DNA of 63,129 nt, filler included, from Reclinomonas americana ATCC 50394 (Eukaryota): assembly GCA_048213135.1 (NCBI GenBank). It is 19 parts of 19 records of this genome, joined end to end, with 100 filler letters (N's around TTAATTAATTAA, not from the genome) between each part and the next. Parts side by side here need not be neighbours in the genome. Positions count along the whole stretch, not along the records: positions 26,186 to 35,199 come from AFZH01017505.1; positions 35,300 to 36,509 come from AFZH01017506.1; positions 36,610 to 42,329 come from AFZH01017507.1; 16 more parts are not named here. One strand, written 5' to 3'. The stretch's first letter is position 1. Every line of letters starts with the position of its first letter. Positions 26,274 to 39,333 of this stretch are shown one piece after another. The notes beneath the pieces are model-generated. The model was given only the letters and a program-made list of their open reading frames with translations. It did not search any database and was not told the origin of the DNA. Position numbers and translations under genes: made by a program.

Positions 26274-29200
26274 ACACTTCCCTTCTTGACTCTCAACCTT
26301 CTTGACACATACACGCACATGTACACACAGAGAGACACACCTCTACTGCTCTCTCCTCTCCACTCACTCACTCTCTCAGTCTCTCTTCTTCTTCATTCCC
26401 TCACTCGCTCTCTCTCTCTCTCTCTCACTCTTGCTTCTTCCCTTCTTGACTCGCATCCTTCTGCCTCTGACGTCCTGAGGGTGCATTTTCTTGCAATGCG
26501 GCAACGCAGTGATTGACTCCGTCGTGTTGTCTTGACTCTGCAAAACTCACGCGTCCCGCTCTCCCTCTCACATTGCTTGTCTCTCTTCCTGTCCTCTCTT
26601 TCTTCCTCACATCCATCTGCGTCTTTGCAATCCGTGTTCATGCAGTGATTGACTTGTCGTCGCTGACCTTTCTCTCTCTCCTCCCTCCCTCCCATTGACC
26701 CTCCCCCTCTCTCATTCTCATCCCACCCTCCAGGTCTGGTGCAAGGAACTCGGCAAGTGGGAAAAAATCAAGGACATTCCACCACTCTTCGCCTACCTCA
26801 CCAAAGGTCACTGCTTCTCCTTCCCCTTTCCCCTCCCCCTCCCCTCCCCTCCTCACCCCTTCCCCGCCACAGGCGACGACGACGACGCGGACGACGCAAA
26901 AGAAGCCGAGGACGATGACGACGCCGCCGCCGCCACCGCCACCGCTCCACCCATCGCCGCCCGCCCACAATCGTACATGGCCCCCGACGGCACCGTGTAC
27001 GAGATCGACCCCAGGTCCGGCAACTACGTGCCACGCCTGGACGTCAACCTCATCGCGCAGCAGCAGTCGGCCTACTTTGGCGGCGGCCACGTGCCCGGTG
27101 AGGCCAGCACTGTGCCCGCTGCCGCCGCCGCCGCCGCCCCTCCCGTGGAGGTCTCAGCCGAGGAGCAGGTGTTTCAGGGTGCCGAGGAGGACGAAGTGCA
27201 GCGGGTTCGCAAGTTTGTGATGCCTGATATTTACAGTCGCTCTGCTGACCAGTGAGTGGTGCAGGCGTTGCGCGAGCTTGCCGCCATTGAGTCGGCACCG
27301 CTCGAGAAGCAACAGAAGCGGCAAAAGGGCAAGAAGAACAAGAGGGGTCGCGGTGATGCGGGGGAGGTGCGTTGGATGGAGGAGAAGGGAGAGTAGGGAA
27401 AGTAGGGAAAGAGCAAAAGCGGAGCCGATTTCGTCTCTTATTCTGCCTGCCGTTGTCTTCATCTCTGTCTCGCGCTCTCGTTCTGCCCCTCTTTGTCCTG
27501 CAAACTACGGGAGTGTTGCAGCCTTCTTGCGTTCGTCATCTTCCCTCTCATATCCGCTATTCTTCTTCATGTCTTTTTTGTTCTTGTTCTTGTCGTTCTT
27601 ATTCTTGTCCTTCCTCTCGTTCTTTTTTCTTTAATCTTCTCGTTCTTTTGTTCGTGTTGTCGTCGTTGTTGTTGTTTTGTTCTTCTTCTTCTTCTCCTCT
27701 CCCTTTTTCATCTTTTCTTCTTGTTGTTGTGCTTCCTCTTTCTCGTCTTCTTCTTCTTCTTCTGCTTCTCCACTTTCTTTCTCATCTTATCCTCTTGTTT
27801 GTCGTGCTTCTACTTTCTCGTCGTCTTCTTCTTCATCATCATCATCTTGTTTTTATCTTGTTCTTCTTCTTTCATCTCTTTGCTCTTCTTCTAGTTTCCC
27901 ATCCCCCCCATTCTCGTATTTACCCTCACCTTCCTTCTCCCGTGTCCACTTCTTCCCTCTCCCCTCCTTCCCCCTTCGCTTCCCCCTTTGCTTTCCCCCA
28001 TTGCTTCCCCCATTGCTTCCCCCATTGCTTCCCCCTTTGCTTCCCCCATTGCTTCCCCCTTTGCTCCCCCCATTGCTTTCCCCCATTGCTTTCCCCCTTT
28101 GCTTCCTCCATTACTTTCCCCCTTCTCCTCCCCCTTCTCCTCCCCCTTCTTCTTCCCCCTTCACCTCCCCTCTCATCCCCCCTTCCCCCCTTCCCTCTGT
28201 CACCCTTCCCCCCTTTCCCTTCCCCTTCTCTCCCCCCTCTCCAGGACGGCGACCCCGCCGACGGCGAATCCGACAAGAAGCGACAAAAGAAGTCCTCCTC
28301 CTCCTCCACCGACTGGGTCGACATGGCCGTCAACGCCAACGCCTACTTCTCCGGCATCCCGCTCGACGCCACCGAGAGCGAGGTGGCCGCCTTTTTCTCT
28401 CGCTGCGGCGTGATTCGCGAGGACCCCAAGTCCCTGCGACCACGCCTCAAGCTCTACAGAGATGCCGACGGCGACCTGAAGGGCGATGGCGTGGTGTTTT
28501 ATGCGCGACCCGAGTCGGTGCAGCTGGCGATTGAGATGTTGGACGACAGTGAGTTCCGGCCCGGGTGGAAAGTGCGCGTGCAAAAGGTGTGCGCGAGAGG
28601 ATTGGGAGGCAACGCGTTGAAGGTTGCCTGACTTTTATGTTGCGCAGGCGGAATTCAAGCCGAAAGAGGGTGCCGAGAAGCCGAAGAGGGAAGGCGGCGG
28701 TGGTGCGGGCAGGTCAGGGCGCGGCAAGGATATGAGCAAGAAAATGGCCAAGATTCGAGAGCAATCGTGAGTCGTTCTCCTGGGAGGTCGGTGTCTCGCT
28801 TCTGCCGCTCACTGCCCTACGTGACAGCGCACTATCGTGGGACGAGCGCAAGGTCAAGGGCCCGACGGTCGTCGTCCTGAAGAACATGTTTACGACGGAG
28901 GAGGAGGCGGTGTGTTATAGGAGAGAGAGAGAGACAGAGAGGTACGGCGTGCTAAATCGTGGCACAGGAGCCCGGGTTTCACGAGGAGCTCAAGGAGGAG
29001 CTGACGGAGGAGTTTGCCAAGTTTGGGCGGGTGCAGAAGCTGATGGTGTTTGAGGTGAGGATCGGGGAGAGGGAAAGGGAAATGGCAGAGAGGGGGAAGG
29101 GCGAAGAGGGGGAAGGAGAGAAGGAGAGGGAGAGAGAGGGGAGGGAGAAGGGGATGGAGAGTGAAGCGGAGAGAACGAGAGGGAGAGTGAGCGAGAAAGG

Positions 29201-30393
29201 AAGAGGGCATCGGAGAGTGAGAGAGAGGGTTAGAGGGAAAGGGCAAAGAAGAGGAAGGGAGGGGATAGAGAAGGGGAATGAGAGAGGAGAGGGAGACTGA
29301 GAGAGAGCGGGAGGCGAAGAAAGTGCAGGGGAGACGGAAAGGGAGAGTGACAGCGAGGGACACATACACACTAGCATGCAAATACTGAGAGAGAGGGAAG
29401 GAGAGTGACAGTGAGAGTGACAGGGGGAGCGAGAAGGGGAGAGGGTGTGTGTGCGAGAGAGAGGGAGAGTGACAGGGATAGTGTGGAGAGAGGGAGAGTG
29501 CCAAGGAGAGTGAGAGGGAGAGAGACAGACGAGAAGTAAACGCAAGTCGGTCATATTGTGTCGGCAGCGCTCGCGGACGAGATGTATGTGCACTCTTTTT
29601 CTTCCTCCACTCTTGTCTCTCTCTCTCTGTCTCTCTCTTTCTCTCTCTCTCTCTCTCCCTCTCTCTCCCTCGCCCTAAGAAAAGGAGGAGAAAGGGGACG
29701 GAAAACAGAATAGAGGAGGACGAGGAGCGGAGGAGAAAAGAAGAAGACTCCATTTCTCTCTCCCTCTTTCTCCTCTCCACTTCTCTCTCTCCTTCTCTCT
29801 CCCTCTCTACGAAGAACAGGAAGAAGAAGAAAGAAGAAGAAGAAGAGAAGGAGGAAAAAGAAGAAGAAAGCGGAGGAGGAGGGGGAGAAGAAGAAGAAGA
29901 AGACACTCTCCCTCTCTCTTTCCCGTCTTCTCGCTCTCTCATTCCATCTCTCATCCCCCCCCTTCCCCTTCCCCTCCCTTCCCCCCTTCCCCCCTACCCC
30001 ACCCCCCCTCCCCCCTCACCTTCCCCCCTCTTCACAGCGGAGCCCCGAAGGCGTCGTCTCCGTCAAATACCCCAGCAACGACGCCGCCGCCTCGTGCATC
30101 CGTGCCATGCAAGGCCGCTGGTTTGCCGGTCGCCAAATCGAGGCCGAGTTCTGGGACGGCGTCACCGACTACAAGGTTGCGTCGAGTGGCCTGTGCAAGC
30201 GTGTCTCACAGACCGTCCTCACCCTCTCTTTTTCTCGTGATAGGTGTCCGACGGCGATCCCGAGTCCGAGGCGAAGCGACTGGCCGAGTTCGAGAACTGG
30301 ATCGACGAGCAGAGCACGGAGAGCGAGGAATCGGAGACGGAGGAGGAGCGACAGGAGAGGGAGCGCAAGGCGCGTGAGTTTGCGGCGATGTAA
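25617..30393 (+). CDS. HTATSF1: HTATSF1/Tat-SF1/Cus2 U2 snRNP-associated splicing factor with an N-terminal GYF_2 domain (10 exons)
   Basis: GYF_2: WFH...SGPLSADDLRDSWDLGDVNGDTT|VWCKELGKWEKIKDIPPL. RRM1: NAYFSGIPLD...FSRCGVIREDP...KLYRDADGDLKGDG...ESVQLAIEMLD. UHM: VVLKNMF...EEFAKFGRV...GVVSVKY...MQGRWFAGRQIEAEFWDG. Stop at 30391-30393. Confidence 0.93.
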
Positions 30394-30685
30394 GGAGGGG
30401 CGGGGTGGGGGAAAATCGGAAGAGAGAATGAATTTGCGGGTGGCAAGTTGTCTCTTGTCCTCATGCTCTCCGTCACGTTTTACCAGCGCATGGTCGGCCT
30501 TCCCTGCATGAATGAGCGTGGGTTTTGCACACTCTCACAGACACCTTCCAACATGCGCATCAACCACTCGGAAAAACATAATGCTCGTATTCAGAGAAGA
30601 GAACGTCGCCAGGCGAGATTGTTGTCGCAGGACAGCGAGTTTACACAACGAAGTTGACGAGCGACCATCATCTGTCGTGTGCTTC

Positions 30686-31162
30686 ATGAAGAGAAGTCGC
30701 TCTGGAAGGCAAGAAAGGAAGAGCGACAAAGGAGAGGAAGCAGGAGGAGAGGAGGAAGGAGAAGAAGTGAAAGAGGAGAGTGATGAACCTGCATTGAAGC
30801 GCGCGTGTGCGAGGAGTCAAGAGCACCAAGGCGTGATGGTCGCAGATGGTGTGTCACAGAGAGAGAGTGTGTATGTGTCTTTCTGCGTGATCATTCTCTC
30901 TCCGTGTGTGATTACTCTCTTCTTGTGTGCTCCTGTGTGTGGATCTTGCCCCACTCGCCTCTCTCTCTCTGTACTGTGTCTCTCCTGCATCGTGTGTGAA
31001 ACTGAGTGAGTGAGAGCAAGTGATCAAGACATCGCTCACTTCATCCATCATCACACCAACCAAGTCTCCTTCGCCAGTGGAACCAGCACCAGTTGCCATC
31101 GCAACTGCTGATGATGTTGCTGATGTTCTGCATTCACCAGGTGCGTCTGTCTCCCTCTCCCT

Positions 31163-31208
<46 letters not shown>

Positions 31209-34200
31209 GACTGACTTCGTTGTTTTGATGGGGCATGCATTGTGCAGAGGAGGAACACTTCAGCGACTTTACGCCACGACCAGCCGACGTGGTTCGCAGG
31301 TGGCTGGGCGACGACATGATTGAGGATTCCGTGTATGACACTCGTTTCGTCTCTACACTTGTAGCTGGAGTTGATGATGCATCGCTGGCTCACTCGCTTG
31401 CACGCCGCTCCGCAGTCGGCATCAAGCATGCGGTGGAAGGTGGTGCAGTTGGCATGCTGACTGCTGTGGGAAACGAGACTCTTCGTGCTGTTGGCATCGT
31501 GCATGATCCGGAGCCCTTTCCGATGGAAGGCCAGTGGGACATTGACAACTGTGAACTACTGCAGCCTTATGCTCAGTTGTTTGGAGACAGGTATGCGTTT
31601 GCATCGTGCTCTCTCTCCTTCCTCATCGATCACAACTGTATTCATCTCTCTCGCTGCTGCAGTTGCTCTTTCTCTCTCTCTCACACACACACGCATGCAT
31701 AGTGTTGTCGCTGCATGTGTGTGCATGTGTGTGAGAGGAGCTGGGTCGCACTATCAAAGACGGAGGAGCGTGCAGGCTTCCTGACGCTTGAAATGGCTGG
31801 TGTGTGAGAGATTGAGGGACGGAGAAAGGAGAGAGCGAGCGTGTATGGGAACCAGAGTAACACTGCGGAATTCGACGTCTACATGCTCTTCTCTCTGTTG
31901 TGAGCATCTTTTTCTATGTATTGGTTCTCACATTCTCGCTGTCATTCTCCACTCTTGCACTTCCCTTCTCGTCCTCCACCATCTTCCACTGGCAGTCGTT
32001 TCTACGTCATCTTCACTGTTTCTACTCTCTGTGAATTGCACAGTTCGCTCCTTTCCTTTCCCCCCACTTGCGCCTCCTGTTGCAATCTGATTCCCACCTT
32101 CAGCACTCGCAGTCGTACTATCTTCTTCTCTCTGTCTATTGACTCTCACATTCACTCCCTTTTCATTCGCTCCTCACGCAGTACGGTAACTCCTGTTTTG
32201 GAGGATCTGCGTCGGTAAATTCGCGCCGTCGGAATGCCTCAAGCATTGCTTCGTCGACTAACTTATCGCGTATGCTGATTCAGCGAGGCCGCTGTGAAGC
32301 TTCTCCAACAACGCCCACCAGTGCAACCCACCCTCGACAAGTGGCCGCTCACCCGCGTCCTCCCGATCTCCGACTTTCACGCGTGGTGTCCATCGGGCCT
32401 GTTGCATCGCACTACGCATCTGGCGGGTGATGTCTCGGAGGCCATGTTGCGGGTCTTCTCATTAGGTCCAATCGCACAACTGCTGATCAATGCGGTATGC
32501 TTCGCGTGCCATCATTATCAGTCATGCCACTGATCTTAACATTTGCGCAATGCAAGAGCAATCTTGTTGCAATGAGCAGCGATACGGATGCCACAGGATT
32601 CCCCGCCGGTCGCTCGACCCCGAAGGCAGACCTCGATATTCACTTTGCTGACGATATGAGTGGGTTTTCGGTACTCGTCGGCAAGCTGAAGCCAAAAGGA
32701 GCAGGGCTAGCGAAACGCCAGCTGGACATGTTCATTCTGCTGCTGCTGATGGCTCACAGCCTGTGGAAGCGCGTGGGCGGTGTCGCCGACGACATACCAC
32801 TGCACCGTATCTATGGATGGCATCAAACCGGAACCAAAGTCATCCTGATACGAATGAGGGCCACCTTGGAAATCATCGGCGAAAAGGTTTGCTCACAGTG
32901 ATTGTTGTTGGTCAATAGCGATGTGCTGACTGTCCACTTACAACAGTCGACATTCCTGTTCCGGTACCAAGATATACGCGCAGGCCTGGATCCAAACTAT
33001 TCGCTCTCACCGTGTTTGGAATGGCCGATTGTGCGCGTTATGTTGTTGGCATTATTTGAGCGCGAACGAAATGGGAAGCGAACGACAAGGGTACCGTGCT
33101 CCGGATTGGAAAAGTTGGTTCTGCACTTGTCCAGTGAGTTGGTGAGATGCAACCTAGAGGCTGTTTTCTCTCGTTCAAGTCAGTCGCTGTTATCTAACCT
33201 TCTTCTCTCTCTCTCTTCCCTCTATGTGTGTTCGCGTGTCTTTCATTCGATTGTTCACTTCTCGTTGACCCCCTTCAGCCCCCGAGTGCCACTGAGTCGC
33301 TCCACGAGTCCAGTATCTCTGGCTCCAGGTCAAACGTGCAAGCGGGTGACTACGATGGTGGCGGTGTCGGATCAGTGATGCGCAAGACCGTCAGCTGCAA
33401 CTTTGCCACGGCGTGCCTGGTGAATGGCCTGCCCGTGGAGCTGGCTGTTCTCCTGGTTCGTGCGGTCGGTTGTGATGATGATGGTGCTCACGAGGTGTCT
33501 GTCACTCACTTGTCTGCAACGACAATCAGCTTCGTCTGCCCAACACCATCAGGCTGTTGAAGTACTGGATCGATCCAGACCACGGCAAGTACGGTTACAT
33601 CATGCCTCGATTGCAACCGTGTGAGCCGCAGTCTGTGGAGGAGGCACTGGCGGCCACACGTGATGTGTGTGTGGCGCTCGCCGCCATGCACGGAGCCGGA
33701 TTCATGCATTGCGATGTGAAACCGTCGAATGTGATGAGGGACGAGAGTGGGCGCGCGGTGCTGATTGACTTTGATCACGCGCGTGTCGTGGAGGGTGGAA
33801 ATGGAGAGCAGCAGTGGCTGCATGTGACACGTACCGGGACGGTGGGGTATCAGGTACGTGCGCGGCCTCTGTCGTGGTGCAGTCTGCGTATCATAACCAC
33901 GTGTGACGCAGGCACCGGAGATTGTGGACAGTAATTGTGGTGATGAACGAGTGGACACATGGAGCCTTGGTGTCACTCTCGGTGCTTGGCTTGCACGCGT
34001 GGCTCCCAGTGGGTGTTCGGCGGCCATGTTCAAGTGGCACCATGGCATCGAGGAGGAGGCGCGTCGTGCTGGTGGTGGCAACTGGGAATCCACTGTGCGT
34101 TGTCTGATCAGCGATGTTCGTGACTGCTTTGGCGACAGTGCTGCGTCTGCTGTGGAATTGTTGGAAGCGATGCTGGCTGTTGCGGCACCGCAGCGCAAGA

Positions 34201-34265
34201 CGTGTGCACAGCTGCTTGAGGGCAGCGCCCTGTCTGGCGAGTGTGAGTTGACGGAGAAACAGTGA
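30686..34265 (+). CDS. Divergent Ser/Thr protein kinase (HCD/DFD, non-RD) with a long N-terminal region including an REase-like segment
   Basis: ELAVLL|LRLPNTIRLLKYW, MHGAGFMHCDVKPSNV, LIDFD, TGTVGYQ|APE, DTWSLGV, ELLEAML...QRKTCAQLL. Upstream exons join through GT-AG introns, but that linkage is less certain than the kinase domain itself. Confidence 0.8.
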
Positions 34266-34572
34266 TGTTGGCCGGTCGCGATTGTTTTGTTGCCGATGAA
34301 TAGACTGCAATGCAGTGTACGCTCGAGAGAGGATCCGGAGGGGTGTGATTGAAGTCATTTGTTGCTCAAGAGGTTGGAACTGGCTGCGCATGCGTTACGT
34401 TTGGACACATTGGTCGTGAAGTTTTTGTCTTCACTGTGGAGAATCCGACCGGCGATGCAAGTACTCTTACGAATCATCTTGCAATGCGTCCGACGTTGCC
34501 CGTCCGCCGCTGCGAGCCGAATCCCTCGCTTTCCCGCGCTTTTCACCCTTTCTTTTCTCTCGGGAGGTGCGA

Positions 34573-36609
34573 ATGTCTCTTCTCACTCTCCTCACGCCTC
34601 TCGCCGAGTCCGTGCGTGCCGCGGCCGCACCCTACACCGCTCCACTCGACGCACAACTCGATGCAGCCTTCGCGCCCATTGACACCGTGATGGACCCTCT
34701 CGGCCTCCCGCTCGGCCTCACCGCCGACCGCACGCGCTTCCTCTTCTGCATGATGCTCTCCTACCCACTGGCCATGCTCTACCACGCTCTTCCCGCGCAC
34801 CAACGCATCTCACGCCACATCTGGTCCGCGCTCGTCGGTCTCCTCTTTGCGCTCTACTGCTTCCGCTCAGCGACTCTGCACCCGGTGCTCATGTCTCTCG
34901 TCGGCTACTGTGTTGTGCGTGCGGCGCCTGGGCGACCGGGCTTGTCGTTTGTATGCGCATTGACGTACTTGTCGGTGTTGCACTGGTATCGCATGTTGAC
35001 CGACTATGGAGGGTACTCGGTGGATGTGACGGGACCGCAGATGGTGTTGGTGGTGAAGCTGACGTCGTTGGCGTATAATATCTATGATGGGGCGGTGCGG
35101 CCAAAGGCGGAGATTGAGGTGTGGGGGCGAGAGGGAGGGCGATGGAGGGAGAAGGAGGGAGAGGGAGGGGGAGGAGGGAGAGAGGGAGAGAGAGATAGGN
35201 NNNNNNNNNNNNNNNNNNNNNNNNNNNNNNNNNNNNNNNNNNNTTAATTAATTAANNNNNNNNNNNNNNNNNNNNNNNNNNNNNNNNNNNNNNNNNNNNA
35301 GGGCCACAGGCACCCGCATACAGACACTGAGAGAGAGAGAGAGAGATGGGGAGCGAGATCCATGCATGTTTCTCAATTCTTCTCTTCTCTCTCTCCATGA
35401 GTTCAACAGGGAAAGCTGTGTCGAGTGAGCGTCGATGTGCAGGGAGAGAAAGAAAGGGGAAAGACGTCTTGTGTCTCGTCACTTGCGCTCTCGCCTTTTT
35501 TTCACTCGCCCTGTCCCTTCTTGTTGCTTGCGCTCCCCTTCCTTGTCGCTTGCGCTCCTCGTCTTGTCGCTTGTGCTCTCCTGTCTTGTCGCTTGCTGCC
35601 CTTTCTTGTCACTCGTCACTCGCCCTCTCCCTCCTTGTCGCTTGCGCTCCCCTCCTTGTCGCTTGCGCTCCCCTGCTTGTCGCTCGCGCTCCCCTCCTTG
35701 TCGCGTGCGCTCCCCTTCCTTGTCACTCGCGCTCCCCTCCTCGTCGTTTGCACTCCCGTTCCTTGTCGCTTGCGCTCCTCTTCTTGTCTGTCGTACTCCC
35801 CTTTAATATCGCTCCCGTTCCTTGTCGCTTGCACTCCCTTCCCTTATCGCTTTCGCTCTCTTGTCTTGTCGCTCGCGCTCCCCTTTGTTGCAGCACTCCC
35901 CTTCCTTGTCGCTTGCTCTCCCCTTTGCTTGTCGCTTGCACTCCCCTTCCTTGTCACTTGCGCTCCCCTTCCTTGCCCCTTGCCGCATGCGCTCCCCTTT
36001 CTTGTCACTTGTCCTCTCCCTTCTTGTCACTCACTCACACTCGCCCTCTCCCTCCTTGTCGCTTGCACTCCCCTTCCTTGTCGTTTGCACTCCCCGTCCT
36101 TGTCGCTTGTGCTCCCCTGTCTTGTCTGTCATATCCCCTTTAATATCGCTCGCGCTTTCGTCGCTTGCTCTGCCCTCTCTAGTCACTCGCCCTCTCCCTT
36201 CTTGTCACTCGTCACTCGCCATCTCCTTCCTTGTCGCTTGCGCTCCCCTTTGTTGCAGCACTCCCTTTTCTTGTCGCTTGTGCTCCCCTGTCTTCTCTGT
36301 CGTACTCCCCTTTAATATCGCTCGCGCATTTGTCGCTTGTGCTCTCTTTATCACTCACTCCCGTCCGTTTTGGTTGCATGCCCATCCCTTATCACTCACT
36401 TCCCGCACTTCTCCCTCCTTCCTCTCCACCTTTCCCCCCTTCCCCCTTCCCCCCTCCCCCTCCCTCCCGCTTCCCCTTCTCCCCCTTTCCCCTTTTCTCT
36501 CTCTCTCTCNNNNNNNNNNNNNNNNNNNNNNNNNNNNNNNNNNNNNNNNNNNNTTAATTAATTAANNNNNNNNNNNNNNNNNNNNNNNNNNNNNNNNNNN
36601 NNNNNNNNN

Positions 36610-36654
<45 letters not shown>

Positions 36655-38975
36655 TTCGCAGGGCAAGGAATACGCGCAATACGCCCTCCAGCGCATGCCG
36701 GGCCTGCTCGAATTCATCGGCTGGGTCTTCTACTTCCCCACCTTCCTGGCCGGCCCGGCCATCGAGTTCCGCGACTACCGCGAGTTCACGCGCGGCGAGG
36801 GCCCCCACGCCAAGCCGCCATCCTGGGCGCACTGTGCGTGGGCCGGTCTGCGCCGCCTCGGCGTCTCGTTTGTGTGCTTTGGCTTGTACTTTGCCGCCGC
36901 CAACTTCGACATGGCGTGGGTGACGACGGAGGACTTTTGGAGTGCGCCGGAGCGTGCACCAGTCGGCCAAATGATTGTGTCGCTGGGAGCTGGTGCCGCG
37001 GCCGTGTGGTACGCCCTGCCGGCGTTCTTCCAGCGCCTGGCGCACATTTGGCCGGCGGGCAAGCTGGTGCGCTCGCGGTACTACGCCGCATGGACGCTCG
37101 GCGAGGGTGCGGCGCGCATCTCTGGCCTGGCGTACTCGGGCGGCGATGTGTGGGACCGCGCCGAGAATTGCCGCATTCTCAACGTGGAGTTGGCGGGCAG
37201 TCTGCGGGAGGTGATGGCCAACTGGAATATGGCCACGGCACGCTGGTTGCGCCTGTACGTGTACATGCGCATCAAGAATGAGCGGTACCGCGTGGTGGCC
37301 ACCTACCTGAGCTCTGCGTTTTGGCATGGATTGTGCGTGCGGAGTGTGTGTGGGAGGAAGAGGGTGGATATTATTGTTGCTGACTTGGTGCGTTGTGCGC
37401 GTGTTTTCTTTTTTTGCATGTGTTTTCTCTCTCTCGGCAGCTACGCGGGTGAGCTAGCAGCTCCTTCGCTGCAATTTTTCGTTGCCTTTACTCACCGCGC
37501 CCCCCCACCACAGGCTACTACCTCACCTTCTTCTTCTCGGGCCTCATGACCGAGGCCACGCGTGTAATCTATCGTCGCGTGCGTCCGTACTTTGTGTCGA
37601 AGAGCAAGCCCGGCAAGACTGTGTGGTACTACTCGCTGCTGGCGCACTTTGCCACCGACCTGTCGCTGTCGGTGTTTGTGGCGCCGTTCTTGTTGCTGCG
37701 GTTCGACTGGGGTATTCGAGGTGAGTGTATATGCGGGGGGGAGGGGAGGGAAGGGGGAGAGGGCGAGGGGAGGGAAGGGAAGGGAAGGGAGAGAAGGGAC
37801 GGTGCTTGGCGAGAGATATGAGTTCGATTGAGGGGTCTGTCTCTCTCCAGGTCTCCAAAGTTCTTCTTTCTTTCGTGTCTTACTCTGTTCGTCGTGACCA
37901 CATTCACACAATCGATGCCGAGGTTCTGATTCTGCGTTTTGATGTCTGTGTATCACATTCTGTGCCTTCACTTCTGCATCTTCATCCCTCCGCCATCTTT
38001 TCAAACCCAAACCCCTTCTTAGAGATGAGAAGGAGGCGTACAGTTGGCGAAGTCCACTGCTTTCGTTTATTGGATTCTGTCTCCTGCCTTCCTCTGTTCG
38101 TCGTGCTCACTTACCTATTCTTCTGCGCATCAAGTGCCAGCCTGTCTCTCCTTTGCTTCTGCACTCTGCAATCTTTTTAAACCCACACCCCTTCTTTGGG
38201 ATGAGAACGGAGCAGTGAAGTCCACTGCTTTCGTTAGATTGTTTCTGTCTTTCTCCTGCCCTCCGAAGATCTTCTTGCATTTCATCTACCCTCCTCAGTT
38301 CATCGTGCTCACTTGACCTGTTATATATTCTACTGCGCATCAGTGCCTGCTTTTTTCCCACATTCTCTGTCTCTCTCCTCTGCCATCGTTACAAACCCAT
38401 AACCCTTCTTAGAGATGAGAAGGAGGCGTACAGTTGGATAAGTCCACTGCTTTCGTTGATTTGGTTGCTGTCTTTCTCTCCTGCCTTCCTCTGTTCGTCG
38501 TGCTCACTTACCTATTCTTCTGCGCATCAAGTGCCAGCCTGTCTCTCCTTTGCTTCTGCATCTTTATCCGTCTGCCATCTTTTTAAACCCGTACCCCTAC
38601 TTATGGATGAGTAGGAGGGTTGAGTTTAGGGGATGGTGGAGTCTGCTTCCATGGATTGGTTTCTGTCTTTATTCTGTCCTCCCAATCTTCTTCCATTTCC
38701 TGCCTTTCTCTGTTCTTCGCGCACGCACATTCTCGATGCCAACTTTCAGATTCAATCTCCCTGTTTCGTCTGTCAACCATCACAAACCCTTCCCCTCCCT
38801 TCTCCCTACACTCGCAGCGTGGTCTGGCCTCTACTTTATCTTCCCCGCCATTCCGATTTCCATTTTGGTGCTGAATGGACTCATCCGGGAGCGCCGTCGC
38901 CCGAAGACGGCTGACACCACGACCGACAAGGTCAAGGCGGTGGTGGAGGGTGACGACAGCAAGAAGACCAAGTAA
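34573..38975 (+). CDS. MBOAT-family lysophospholipid acyltransferase (LPCAT/Ale1-like)
   Basis: DVTGPQMVLVVKLTSLAYNIYDG, PGLLEFIGWVFYFPTFLAGP, RYYAAWTL, WNMATARWLRLYVY, SAFWHGFYAGYYLTF (catalytic His; needs an 8-nt microexon), and a C-terminal di-lysine ER signal SKKTK*. Confidence 0.93.
35470..36350. repeat. Intronic degenerate minisatellite, unit like cttgtcgcttgcgctcccct(t)c (about 20-25 bp)
   Basis: Dozens of visible copies in the first MBOAT intron. Confidence 0.85.
37960..38720. repeat. Intronic tandem repeat of about 200 bp, about 4 diverged copies
   Basis: gccatc..tt.aaaccc...ccc...gatgag..ggagg...agtc(c/t)(a/g)c recurs near 37990, 38175, 38380 and 38575. Copies 1 and 3 are nearly identical. 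Confidence 0.75.
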
Positions 38976-39333
38976 GGCGGCGCGATTGTGCGCGCGCAAA
39001 GTAAAGGCTCTGCGATTAAGAAACAGCGTTTGGAGCAGCTTGGCACGAGGGGCAACGATCACTGCTGCGCAATCATTGTCTGATGGAAGAACATCATACT
39101 GAGGCGTCGTGCTGCGGCTAACAGCGTGTCATGTGCAATTCGATCGCGAATGAGTCTCTGCACTTTTTGCATTATGTAGGCTGCTGCTGCGCCGTACAGC
39201 TCCTCTGCTGTTTCGTTGGCCTTGTGGATCTTTGTGACAGCATGCGTGGCGGTTGCGAACGAGCTCGACAAGCAGTCCTTTTTGCGTCCCCCACTCTGTC
39301 CGGTAAGTTTGTAACACACAGAGTGGGCCACCG

